In this document: in pieces, positions 55,244 through 64,000 of the stretch
Position numbering within the stretch: the first letter of the stretch is position 1
Layout: each line of letters begins with the position of its first letter
NCBI GenBank assembly: GCA_017463765.1
Contig: JAFTON010000002.1
Location: forward strand, 206 to 64,205
Direction: 5' to 3'
Length of the DNA: 64,000 nt
Source of the DNA: Clostridia bacterium
GTDB taxonomy: Bacteria; Bacillota; Clostridia; Oscillospirales; CAG-272
Position numbers and translations under genes: made by a program
The notes under the pieces: generated by a model
Told to the model about the DNA's origin: nothing
What the model saw: the letters and a program-made list of their open reading frames with translations, nothing else
Databases searched by the model: none

Positions 55244-56956
55244 TTAGTCGATGGTCATATCCATCTTTCTCCTCAGAATCTTACGGAGTGTATTCTTGGG
55301 GAACTCCTCCTCACGAACCTTTACAAGACCTATCTTCTTATAGGGAACTGCTGTCTTGTTGTATTCGTTTACGAACTTCTGGAAGTATGCTTTTGCATCG
55401 GTGATGCCCTTTTCCTCAAGGAATGCCTTGTCGGGATAGATCTCTGCAACAATGGTATTGAAGGTAATACCACGACGGGACTTACCCTCGTATACTACGA
55501 TATCAACAAGGCCGGGCGTAGCACTGAGTGCGTCCTCAATCTCCTCGGGATATACGTTCTTACCGTTAGAAAGAATGATGATATTCTTGAATCTACCTGT
55601 AATATAGAGGATTCTGTCACCCTCTTTGGTTATTTCCATTTTACCTGCATCGCCGGTACGGAAGTAGCCGTCCTCAGTAAAGGCTTCGGCATTTGCCTCG
55701 TCGTTCTTATAGTAGCCAAGCATTACGTTAGGACCCTTAACCTGAATCTCACCCTCGCCGTTTTCGTCAGCGTCTGCGATACGGCAGTCAACGATGGGAA
55801 GAACGGGACCAACGCTCTTGGGAACGATGTAGTTGTTATGGTTTACCGCAAGAATAGGCGCACACTCGGTGATACCGTAGCCGTTAAGAACCTTAACACC
55901 CAGACCGTCGAAGAGCTCTGCCATCTCCTGATTAAGAGGAGCGCCACCCGAAATAATCATATTAAGCTCACCACCGAAGGCAGCGAGAACCATTTTCTTA
56001 AAGAAACCGTCGAAGGGCTAAAGACCGATCTTGTGACAGCTCTTGTTAAAGGAAATAAGACCCTTCATAAGACCTGCAACAAACTTACCCTTTTCGTCAA
56101 TACCCTTGAGAATTCTTCTGTAGAAGGTCTCAACGTAGAGAGGAACGGCAACAAGGTGACCCGGCTTATGCTCCTGAAGCTCCTTAAGAATATACTTAAC
56201 GCCTGAAGAAATATACACGTCACAGCCGATGCAGTTCTGTCCGTAGATAGATACAGAAGAACCGTAGGTGTGGTGGGGAGGAAGAACGTTCATACACTTA
56301 ACCGAGAAATCGATAAAGGGGATAACGTCTGCAAGGTCGGACATAAAGTTGCGCTGGGAGAGCATAACACCCTTGCCCTGTCCGGTTGTACCCGAGGTAA
56401 ACACAAGCTCTGCAAGCGCATCGGGATCAATAGGCGCATCGTAGTAAAGCGAGGGGTTTTCCTTAAACTTCACTGCACCTGCCTCACGCCATGCAAGAAG
56501 GCTGTCCTCACCGTCGCCGTTAAGGAACAGGGGGGCAGGCATACCAAGCTCGGTAGTAATATACTCACCTTTTTCTCTTATGTCAAGGTCACACATAAGA
56601 AAATCACACTCACCACTTCTCACGGTCTCGAGCAGATCCTCCTTTGACCAGTCACGGTCGAGGGGAACCCAGACAGAACCAACAGCCATCGTTGCGTAGT
56701 AGCTCTGAATAAGGTTGTAGGTATGCTTACCGATAACGCAGATCTTCTTACCCTGAAGACCTCTTGCAACAATCTCGGTAGCGAGAGCGCGTACGTGGTC
56801 GCGCATCTGGTCGTAGGTAACGACCACGGCCTCTTTGTCATGAGGCTTGATTCTGTAACGGTAAGCAGGCTTACCTGCATAAATATTGCCAATATCCTCA
56901 ACCATCTCTCGGATATTGAGATATTCCTTTTTCTCTCTTAATGCTTTTACTTTCAT
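55244..56956 (-). pseudogene. AMP-dependent acyl-CoA synthetase/ligase (long-chain fatty acid CoA ligase-like) interrupted by one in-frame TAG
   Basis: ORFs 56018..56956 and 55244..55993 are in the same frame and separated only by the TAG at 56018-56020. Motifs FTSGTTGQGKG (N-terminal part) and NGYGITE (C-terminal part). Confidence 0.75.
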
Positions 56957-57203
56957 ATTATTGAAATACCTTTCGTTCTTAATTCTCGGTTATCCGTACA
57001 GCTCTCCGCATAGCAGCCCGCCAGGATCGGGGGATGTCGGGAAGTGCTACGTCGGCTCTTATATCGGATTTCCTCGAAAATATTGTATAAACAGGAGTCC
57101 ATACGTAGTAATAATATCACACGCACAGTATTTTGTCAAGTAAATCAAGCTTTATTGAGCTTTTGTTTGACATTTTATATAATTTTGTCAATTTTCGTAA
57201 ATC

Positions 57204-57677
57204 TCAGAGCTTTTTGCGCTTATTTTTAAAGTAGGAGGAAAGAATTTCTGCACATTCCTCACCGAGAATTCCTCCCACAACCTCAGGATGATGGTTTAGT
57301 CCTGCCGAGTTTACGTCAAGAGCAGAGCCGAACGCACCGAAACGGTGATCTTTAGCTCCATAAACAACCCTTTCTATCCTCGCATTAATTATGGCGCCTG
57401 CACACATAACGCAGGGCTCCATCGTAACGTATAGCGTAACACCGGGCAGACGCCAGCCACCGAGAGCGCGACAGGCAGCCTCGATAGCAAGAATTTCGGC
57501 ATGGTGAGTAGCGCATTTCGATTCCTCACGAGTATTCGAAGCACTTGCGATGATCTCCCCGTTACGAACTGCAACTGCGCCCACAGGAACCTCATCTCTC
57601 TCGGCAGCGAGAAGTGCCAGACGCATTGCCTCTCTCATAAATTTTTCATCATCAATATTTATTTTTTCCATAATCAA
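57204..57677 (-). CDS. tadA: tRNA adenosine(34) deaminase
   Basis: HAE and PCVMCAGA zinc-binding motifs. 157 aa. Confidence 0.9.
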   Translation of the reverse strand: MIMEKINIDDEKFMREAMRLALLAAERDEVPVGAVAVRNGEIIASASNTREESKCATHHAEILAIEAACRALGGWRLPGVTLYVTMEPCVMCAGAIINARIERVVYGAKDHRFGAFGSALDVNSAGLNHHPEVVGGILGEECAEILSSYFKNKRKKL

Positions 57678-57684
57678 CCTCGTC

Positions 57685-58491
57685 TTACAGAAGTGACAAA
57701 ACTGCTATTGTCAGGGTCATAACAGCAAAAGCGAGCATTCCACCTGTAAATTTCACACCCTCGCCCTTCTCGCTTATCATCAGAAGCGCCATTTCATAGT
57801 CATCTTTTTTACGGAACATGGAAATAACCGACAATAAAGTAAGGCCGCCTATCCAAATGTAGAAGAAAATTATTATAGGCTCATACGGTGCAAACGACAT
57901 GCTGACAGACAGCGCATTGTTGATAAAGTGGATAACTATAGACGGAATAACACTCTCGGTAGCCAGGTCGATAGCCATAAATATAAGGCCACCGACAAAC
58001 GCATATGGAATGGTAAATAGCTCGTGATGTACCAATGCAAAGAAAAATGCAGAGATGAATATTGCTCCACGCTTTGAATAAGGGGCAAGCAGTCGCATGG
58101 GAACGTATCTGAACAATGCCTCCTCAAGTATAGCAGGAGCCAATGCATGGGTAAGCAGTGCGAGCAGATAAGAATCACCCATATCAATGCTGTTGGTCTT
58201 GCCCGTCAGTGTGAAAATCAAAAGCGAGGTAAGGTACGAAAGCAGTATTGTGACCGAAATCGTAGGAAAAACCAAGGGCCATGACAGCTTTATTCCCTCT
58301 ACGTTTATGGTGAGGTATTCCTTCGGATCCGAAATCTCCTCGCGTACTGTATACAACGCGATGACTATCGGTACAATAAAGGCAAGATAATATATCAGCT
58401 CCGAAAGAAATCCCGAAGAGGCTCCCGAAGAGAAAAGTAATATTAAAAACAGTGTATAGCAAGAAGTAAGAATATTTATGTTTTTCCTCAT
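57685..58491 (-). CDS. CPBP-family intramembrane glutamic endopeptidase (CAAX protease/Abi family)
   Basis: Polytopic. EEALFRY, FALVHH and HFINN motifs. Confidence 0.8.
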   Translation of the reverse strand: MRKNINILTSCYTLFLILLFSSGASSGFLSELIYYLAFIVPIVIALYTVREEISDPKEYLTINVEGIKLSWPLVFPTISVTILLSYLTSLLIFTLTGKTNSIDMGDSYLLALLTHALAPAILEEALFRYVPMRLLAPYSKRGAIFISAFFFALVHHELFTIPYAFVGGLIFMAIDLATESVIPSIVIHFINNALSVSMSFAPYEPIIIFFYIWIGGLTLLSVISMFRKKDDYEMALLMISEKGEGVKFTGGMLAFAVMTLTIAVLSLL

Positions 58492-58529
58492 TTTCTCTTC
58501 CTTTCTTATAATAATGTAAATAATTGTTG

Positions 58530-60635
58530 TCAGATTGTCTCTGCTACAGAAAAACGAAGCTTACCACGGATCATATTTGCCTCCTCAAGACGAACGGTTA
58601 TCCTTTCGGCTATACGATAGGTTCTGTGTCTCGATCTGAGGGTGAGATTTCTCTCATCAAAGGTAAATACCCCGTCAAGCTCGCTTATGGGGACAAGTCC
58701 CTCACAGGTGTTATCAAGGGTACAGAACATACCGAAGGAGGTAATAGAGCTTATTGTGGCTTCAAAGCTTTCGCCAATACGGTCTGCCATAAACATTACC
58801 TTATACATATCTTCGATTCGTCTCTCGGCAGTTATGGCGCGTATTTCTCCTTCGCTTGCAGCTGCAGCAGCCCTCTTAGCATATGAGTGATAGAGCTCGG
58901 CACGCTTTCCCTCAAAGAGTACACGCCTGATAATTCTGTGCGTTGCAAGGTCGGAAAGGCGTCGTATGGGCGAGGTGAAATGACAGTAATCCTCGATACC
59001 CAGACCGAAGTGGCCAAGCTTCTCCTCGGAGTACTTCGCCTTTGCCATAGCCCGAAGCATTGTATAGGAAACAGGCGCTGAGAGTCCCTTCTCCTCAGCC
59101 TTAGCGAGAATAGCCGAGAGATCCTTCGGCGTGGGATCCTTTTTTCTGAGCTCCCTGACATCAAATCCCAGACTCTCAAGATAGGAGAGGAAGGACTCAA
59201 AATGGTCGGGGGGTGGCGTCTCGTGAATACGGTATACGCATGGAATTCCATTACGGTGAAGATAGGCTGCCACAGCCTCGTTTGCAGTTATCATAAACTG
59301 CTCGATCATTCTCTCGGACAGACCTCTCTGTCGTCTTTCTATAGCTGTAGGAGTGCCGTTTTCATCAAGAATAATCACTGCCTCGTCACTGTCAAAATCT
59401 ATTGCACCACGCTTCAGACTTTTCTCAAGAAGAATATTATAAAGCTCGCGCATTTTTTCAAGGCTTTGAGCAACAGAACTATATTTTTTCTTTATCTCTT
59501 TAGGCGCATTGCCCGAGAGAAGCTCGTTAACCTCCGAATATACTCCTCTGACACGGCTGCAAATCACCGACGGACTAAGCTTCAGATCGGTAATGCTACC
59601 GTCCTTATCAATAGAAATTTTCGCACTGATTGCATATTTTTCTTCTCCTGCATTAAGAGAGCAGGCGCCGTTAGAAAGCGCCACAGGCAGCATGGGAACA
59701 ACCTTGTCGGTGAAATAAACGCTTGTGCCACGCTGCATTACCGAACGGTCGAGAGCTGTGCGCTCTCTGACGTAATATGAAACGTCGGCGATATGAACTC
59801 CAAGCTTAAAGCCACCTCCGGGAAGTCTACGAATTGAGATAGCGTCATCAAGGTCCTTGGCACCCTCACCGTCAATGGTGAAAATTGTTTCGCCCGTCAG
59901 ATCCTCGCGACCGTCAAATGATATAGGCTCGGCAGCCATTTCTTCTGCCTGCCTTAGCTCCTCGGGAGTAAATTCGGTAACAATCTCGCACTCGGAAAGA
60001 ATCGCCTCATAGTTCGCATCCTTATCCTCTGCGCCACCAAATACACGGATTATATCGCAGGATGGCTCGCCTGTACCGTCACGAAGAATAAGCGCCTCTA
60101 CCTTCTCACCGAGTCTGGCGCCACCAAGATCCCTGACGGGAAATACGGTTGATATTTTAGCGTCATCCGGCTGAATATAAAAGCTACGGAAATAACGTCT
60201 TCCATGACGGCGAAGCTCCTCGCAAAGTGTACCGATTACAGTTCTTCTGCCAATCTCTACAATTTTAACCACTCTGCCCTCGGTCTTTTCCTCACCATTG
60301 AGGCTCCTGTACTTGTGGTAAACAATCTCAACAAAATCACCGTCTATAGCACCACGACTTGAGCCACCGGGAATGAAAATATCCCTCTCGCCCGTCTCAA
60401 GCGTAACGAAGCCATAGCTGCTCTTAGACCCCGAATATATGCCTCTGGCAGTGATGCTTCTGCTCTTCTCAATATCACGTCCACGGCCAAGATCAATATC
60501 GCGTATCTTAACACCGTCATAATTTACGTTTGTCTCGCGAACAGCCTTCATCAGCTCACGCCTTGCCTGCTCCTTCGAGCGTCTTTTGTGAGTGTTTCTT
60601 TTAGTAAATTTAGCAAAATCTTTTTTCTTTTTCAT
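58530..60635 (-). CDS. rnr: ribonuclease R
   Basis: 701 aa. N-terminal OB/CSD-like region, RNB domain (DGEGAKDLDDAISI), C-terminal S1 domain. Confidence 0.9.
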   Translation of the reverse strand: MKKKKDFAKFTKRNTHKRRSKEQARRELMKAVRETNVNYDGVKIRDIDLGRGRDIEKSRSITARGIYSGSKSSYGFVTLETGERDIFIPGGSSRGAIDGDFVEIVYHKYRSLNGEEKTEGRVVKIVEIGRRTVIGTLCEELRRHGRRYFRSFYIQPDDAKISTVFPVRDLGGARLGEKVEALILRDGTGEPSCDIIRVFGGAEDKDANYEAILSECEIVTEFTPEELRQAEEMAAEPISFDGREDLTGETIFTIDGEGAKDLDDAISIRRLPGGGFKLGVHIADVSYYVRERTALDRSVMQRGTSVYFTDKVVPMLPVALSNGACSLNAGEEKYAISAKISIDKDGSITDLKLSPSVICSRVRGVYSEVNELLSGNAPKEIKKKYSSVAQSLEKMRELYNILLEKSLKRGAIDFDSDEAVIILDENGTPTAIERRQRGLSERMIEQFMITANEAVAAYLHRNGIPCVYRIHETPPPDHFESFLSYLESLGFDVRELRKKDPTPKDLSAILAKAEEKGLSAPVSYTMLRAMAKAKYSEEKLGHFGLGIEDYCHFTSPIRRLSDLATHRIIRRVLFEGKRAELYHSYAKRAAAAASEGEIRAITAERRIEDMYKVMFMADRIGESFEATISSITSFGMFCTLDNTCEGLVPISELDGVFTFDERNLTLRSRHRTYRIAERITVRLEEANMIRGKLRFSVAETI

Positions 60636-60731
60636 TTATCTATATTAAATCCTTATATTTATATCACATATATTTTGCCAAGTGATATAAAAAATAAAAG
60701 TAGTTTGATTATTTGTATTAATTTTTTTCTT

Positions 60732-60883
60732 TCGAGTGGGAGCAAACGGAGATTTTAACCATACCAAGCCCGACTCTGTATTCTCGGGTGGTTGGTTTGA
60801 GGAAAAATTTTCGCTTGCGACCCGAAGGCGTAGTTTCCTACGTCGAGTGGGAGCAAACGGAGATTTTAACCATACCAAGCCCC
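60732..60883. repeat. intergenic repeat family, locus C (40-bp exact direct repeat, period 111 bp; half copy plus full copy)
   Basis: TCGAGTGGGAGCAAACGGAGATTTTAACCATACCAAGCCC at 60732-60771 and 60843-60882. The full copy carries the core TTGCGACCCGAAGGCGTAGTTTCCTACG. Confidence 0.85.
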
Positions 60884-60923
60884 GAGAAAAACAAAAGGTG
60901 CCGTAGTCACGGCACCCTATGTC

Positions 60924-61238
60924 TTATTTAAACACATCGGAATAGTTGTTAATGTTGCTGTTCTGCCAATCTTCGAGAGAATAGGACGCAGCATAATCGG
61001 GCTGAATGATGAATACAGCCAAAACTGCAACTGCAAAAACAATCGCCGCAATAAGAGTCCACTTATAAAGCGCTCTGTCGGTATTAGAGGATTTGTCCTT
61101 GCCGTAGAAGGTCTCCGAACCACCGGAAATAGTACTGGAAAGGCCGTCCTCGTTACTTTTCTGAAGAACAACTGCAACAACGATAAACGCAGCCGAAACG
61201 AGAAGCAGTACAAGAAGTACGTATTCGATTACTAACAT
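60924..61238 (-). CDS. secG: preprotein translocase subunit SecG
   Basis: MLVIEYVLLVLLLVSAAFIVVAVVLQKSNEDGLSS, plus a second TM. AGGAAG lies 8 nt before the ATG at 61238. Confidence 0.85.
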   Translation of the reverse strand: MLVIEYVLLVLLLVSAAFIVVAVVLQKSNEDGLSSTISGGSETFYGKDKSSNTDRALYKWTLIAAIVFAVAVLAVFIIQPDYAASYSLEDWQNSNINNYSDVFK

Positions 61239-61405
61239 TATTTCGCTTCCTTTCATATTATTTCTCGCATAGCGAGTATGATTCACAGAGGTATTCTACC
61301 ATAAAAGAAAGAAAATTGCAATAGTTTTTTACTATTTTTTTATTTTTTTCATATTTTCTTTTAAAAAAGCCATACTAACCATAGTTTCAGAAAGGTTTTT
61401 TTATT

Positions 61406-62818
61406 ATGATTACAAAAAAAGAAGTACCTCCCTTTGGGATAAAAGATAAAATCGGTTATTTGTTCGGCGACTTTGGAAATGATTTTACGTTTATTCTTTC
61501 CTCCAGCTTCCTTCTTAAATTCTACACAGACGTTATGCACGTAAGTGCAGGTGTAGTGGGAATAGTTATGATGCTGGCAAGATTTGTCGACGCATTTACC
61601 GACGTTACAATGGGAAGAATTTGCGACAGAGCAAGGCCTACTCCTGCAGGAAAATTCAAGCCCTGGATACTCAGGATGTGTGCACCGGTGGCAATTGCCT
61701 CCTTTCTCATTTATCAGTCGGCGTTTGCAACTGCATCCTTGGGCTTCCGTATTTTCTGGCTGGTTGTGACCTACATTCTTTGGGGCTCAATTTTCTACAC
61801 CTCGATAAACATTCCCTACGGCTCTATGGCGTCAACCATATCGAGAGAACCGGGTGAGAGACAGTCGCTGTCAACCTTCCGTACCATGGGAAGCACGCTG
61901 GCAGGAGTTGTGGTTGGCGCAGGCGTGCCACTTGTGGCATATGATACACGGATAATTGACGGTGTGGAGATTGCCGAGATGAACGGTCAGAGATTTACGC
62001 TGATCGCAGGCGTTTTCTCGGTTCTTGCCATAATATCCTATCTGATATGCTACGTTCTGGTAAGCGAGAGAGTTATTCCCGAGCCGGTAGAAAAGGAAAA
62101 GAGTGGCAGTATAAAGCGTCTAATCGTCAGCGCAGCTACAAACCGTGCTCTGATATCAATAATTGTAGCGTCTATACTGATGCTTCTGTCACAGTTTACA
62201 CTTCAGCAGATGGCAAACTACGTTTACCCCGACTATTACGCAAATACTGCAGCCCAATCGGCATCCACAATAGCCATGATGGGTGGAATGGTGGTTGCAG
62301 CAATTCTTGCGCGCCCTCTATCCGAAAGATTCGGCAAGGCTGAAATCAGCGTGTTCTCAAATCTGCTGGCTGCAGTGATATGCATTGTTCTGTTTCTTGT
62401 CAGACCCCAGAACGTATGGGTATACGTTTTGGTAAACGTTTTTTCCTGGCTTGGACTCGGTGTGTTTGCAATGGTAAGCTGGGCACTGATTACAGACGTT
62501 ATCGACTACTCCGAAATAAAGAACGGTGTAAGAGAGGACGGCTCAATATATGCACTATACTCCTTCGCAAGAAAAATCGGACAGGCTGCTGCAGCCGGTC
62601 TTACAGGTCTGTTTCTTACCTTGATTGGTTACGAAAAGATAGAGGGAGCGCCGCTTTCGGAAGCTGTTAAGGAGGGCATTTTCAACATTTCCACCATAAT
62701 ACCTGCCATAGGCTTCATTTTACTGTCAACTGTGCTTTGGTTCTGGTATCCGCTTCACAAACGGGAGGTGGACAAAAACGTTCAGATCCTGAAAGAAAAG
62801 CACGCAAGCGATGGATAA
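61406..62818 (+). CDS. MFS transporter, glycoside-pentoside-hexuronide (GPH) cation symporter family
   Basis: 470 aa, 12 TM. DAFTDVTMGRICDR (the D..GR motif typical of MelB/GPH). Confidence 0.8.
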   Translation: MITKKEVPPFGIKDKIGYLFGDFGNDFTFILSSSFLLKFYTDVMHVSAGVVGIVMMLARFVDAFTDVTMGRICDRARPTPAGKFKPWILRMCAPVAIASFLIYQSAFATASLGFRIFWLVVTYILWGSIFYTSINIPYGSMASTISREPGERQSLSTFRTMGSTLAGVVVGAGVPLVAYDTRIIDGVEIAEMNGQRFTLIAGVFSVLAIISYLICYVLVSERVIPEPVEKEKSGSIKRLIVSAATNRALISIIVASILMLLSQFTLQQMANYVYPDYYANTAAQSASTIAMMGGMVVAAILARPLSERFGKAEISVFSNLLAAVICIVLFLVRPQNVWVYVLVNVFSWLGLGVFAMVSWALITDVIDYSEIKNGVREDGSIYALYSFARKIGQAAAAGLTGLFLTLIGYEKIEGAPLSEAVKEGIFNISTIIPAIGFILLSTVLWFWYPLHKREVDKNVQILKEKHASDG

Positions 62819-62849
62819 ATTGCAGTGAGAAAAAAGCATTATTTTGGTA

Positions 62850-62878
62850 AAAAAAGCAGGCTTTGTGCCTGCTTTTTC
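62850..62878. terminator. bidirectional terminator between convergent MFS and germination genes
   Basis: AAAAAAGCAGGC-TTTGT-GCCTGCTTTTT. Confidence 0.7.
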
Positions 62879-62895
62879 TAATTTTAGTTTACATT

Positions 62896-64000
62896 TTAGT
62901 TGTTTTTTTCCTCTTCTGAATCAAAATCTCGCTTTCTGCGACGAAGAAGAAGATGCGAAAGTTTCTTAGCATTAAAAGGTATCAGAGGATAGAGATAATG
63001 ATGTTTTTGCGACAGGGTACGGTTAGTGCATACGAAGAACACGAAAAGAAGCATACCTGCCACAAAGCCCCATATGCCGAGCAGATACACAAGCGCAAGT
63101 ATCATCATTCGCATAAACTTAAAGGCGTAGCCAAGCTCGTGATTCTGTTGAGCGAAATTGGCAATGGCAACGAATGCCATATAGAGTATAACATCCTCGC
63201 AAAGCCAGCCCACACCCACGGCAAAGTCACCGAGTATAAGCGCGCCCACCACCGAAAGCGAGTTTGATAGAATATCGGGGGTGTTCATCGAGGCGATTTT
63301 AAGACCGTCAATGGCTAATTCCACAAGAAAAAGCTGCAATATTATCGGTAATGCGCCCGGATCGTCAGGAACTAAGAAAGAAAGCGCATCCGGTAAAATG
63401 GCATCATACTCCAGCGACAGATACCAAAGAGGAGTGATTACCACCGAAAGCAACAAAATAGCCGTTCTGACAAGTCTGAGATAGGTTCCGGTAAGTGGTG
63501 GAAAGCAATAGTCGTCGGTTTCCTCAAGATAATCAAATATTGAGGTTGGCAGGATCATTGCCTGTGGCGAGGTATCACAGATAACTATTACCGAGCCTTC
63601 AAGCAGCTGCGCTGCTGCCGTATCGGGTCGCTCGGTTGTTCGGATTTTCGGAAAAGGGTTATACCAGCCGGAGCGAATCAGTGTTTCAGCAAGACTTTGA
63701 TAACCCAGAGTTAAGGATTTCGGACGGATGGAGGATATTTTTCTTTTAACCTCGTCAACCGTCTCCTTATCGGCAACATCATCCATGTAACAAACAACAA
63801 CGTCGGTCTCGGATGAGCCACCAAGCGAAAAATGCTCCATAGTCAGCCTCGGATCACGTATTCGCCTGCGAATCAACGCAGTGTTCACCACCAGCGTTTC
63901 CACAAAGCCATCTCGCGCCCCCTGCATAACTCTGTCGCTCTCAGGCTCCTGAGTGGGTCTTGCAGGATAGGTGCGCAAATCGAGGAGTATTGCCGTATCC
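62896..64000 (-). CDS. GerA-family spore germination protein / SpoVAF-like (5' end outside window)
   Basis: GARDGFVETLVVNTALIRRRIRDPRL motif and a C-terminal membrane domain. The ORF is open to the window edge. Confidence 0.75.
   Translation of the reverse strand, partial: DTAILLDLRTYPARPTQEPESDRVMQGARDGFVETLVVNTALIRRRIRDPRLTMEHFSLGGSSETDVVVCYMDDVADKETVDEVKRKISSIRPKSLTLGYQSLAETLIRSGWYNPFPKIRTTERPDTAAAQLLEGSVIVICDTSPQAMILPTSIFDYLEETDDYCFPPLTGTYLRLVRTAILLLSVVITPLWYLSLEYDAILPDALSFLVPDDPGALPIILQLFLVELAIDGLKIASMNTPDILSNSLSVVGALILGDFAVGVGWLCEDVILYMAFVAIANFAQQNHELGYAFKFMRMMILALVYLLGIWGFVAGMLLFVFFVCTNRTLSQKHHYLYPLIPFNAKKLSHLLLRRRKRDFDSEEEKNN

Noticed and set aside
56018-56020. TAG decoded as pyrrolysine in the acyl-CoA ligase.
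   Set aside because: No pyl genes or other TAG-containing genes are visible in the window, and the enzyme family is not known to use Pyl. This cannot be excluded without the whole genome, so it is kept only as a check under the TAG finding.
57000-57203. SRP (4.5S/scRNA) gene expected downstream of tadA by analogy with Bacillus.
   Set aside because: A GGAA tetranucleotide is present on the + strand, but the flanking bases do not form the helix 8 closing stem or the conserved symmetric loop. The orientation would also be opposite to tadA.
60645-60878. 77-aa minus-strand ORF with an internally repeated peptide (VWLKSPFAPTR twice).
   Set aside because: It is an artefact of the DNA repeat at locus C. 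The homologous elements at loci A and B are not open in that frame.

Overview
The window looks like a chromosomal segment from an anaerobic, spore-forming Firmicute. Gene content (SCIFF peptide plus maturase, a GerA/SpoVAF-type germination protein, a Re-citrate-synthase-type TCA branch, BspA-like LRR and InlB-B-repeat surface proteins) suggests Clostridia, possibly Oscillospiraceae/Ruminococcaceae-like; that placement is inference only. About 57 protein genes are present, mostly on the minus strand, together with a three-gene tRNA operon (Val-TAC, Asp-GTC, Gly-GCC). Housekeeping genes include ileS with an Ile T-box leader, rnr, secG, tadA, addA, a dus gene, birA and a small alarmone synthetase. 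Functional clusters: (1) an oxidative-stress and metal cluster (ZIP transporter, ferritin, desulfoferrodoxin, MBL hydrolase, Crp/Fnr regulator, thioredoxin); (2) a cobalamin riboswitch in front of a DUF4430 lipoprotein and an ECF-S-like membrane protein; (3) a citrate synthase-like / GntR / aconitase / isocitrate dehydrogenase operon; (4) a SCIFF RiPP locus whose 49-aa precursor is missing from the ORF track. Visibly AT-rich accessory patches lie at about 10.0-11.5 kb, 28.7-32.3 kb and 54.0-54.9 kb. They carry orphan hypothetical genes, secreted proteins and lipoproteins, and a sigma/anti-sigma pair. I found no transposase, integrase, CRISPR array or recognisable defence system, and no convincing novel protein-coding system. 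The observations most worth a second look are non-coding: a dispersed family of tandem intergenic repeats (period 106-116 bp) with a conserved imperfect hairpin core at three loci; a hairpin-dense 470-bp non-coding tract after the tRNA operon with duplicated tRNA 3' ends; and a shared 15-bp palindrome at identical spacing in the dfx and trxA promoters, flanking a Crp/Fnr regulator gene. Other notable points are an in-frame TAG splitting an acyl-CoA ligase gene and a His/Cys mini-module shared by three secreted proteins. All coordinates were read by eye from the sequence, and all homology calls are motif-based recollection, not database searches.
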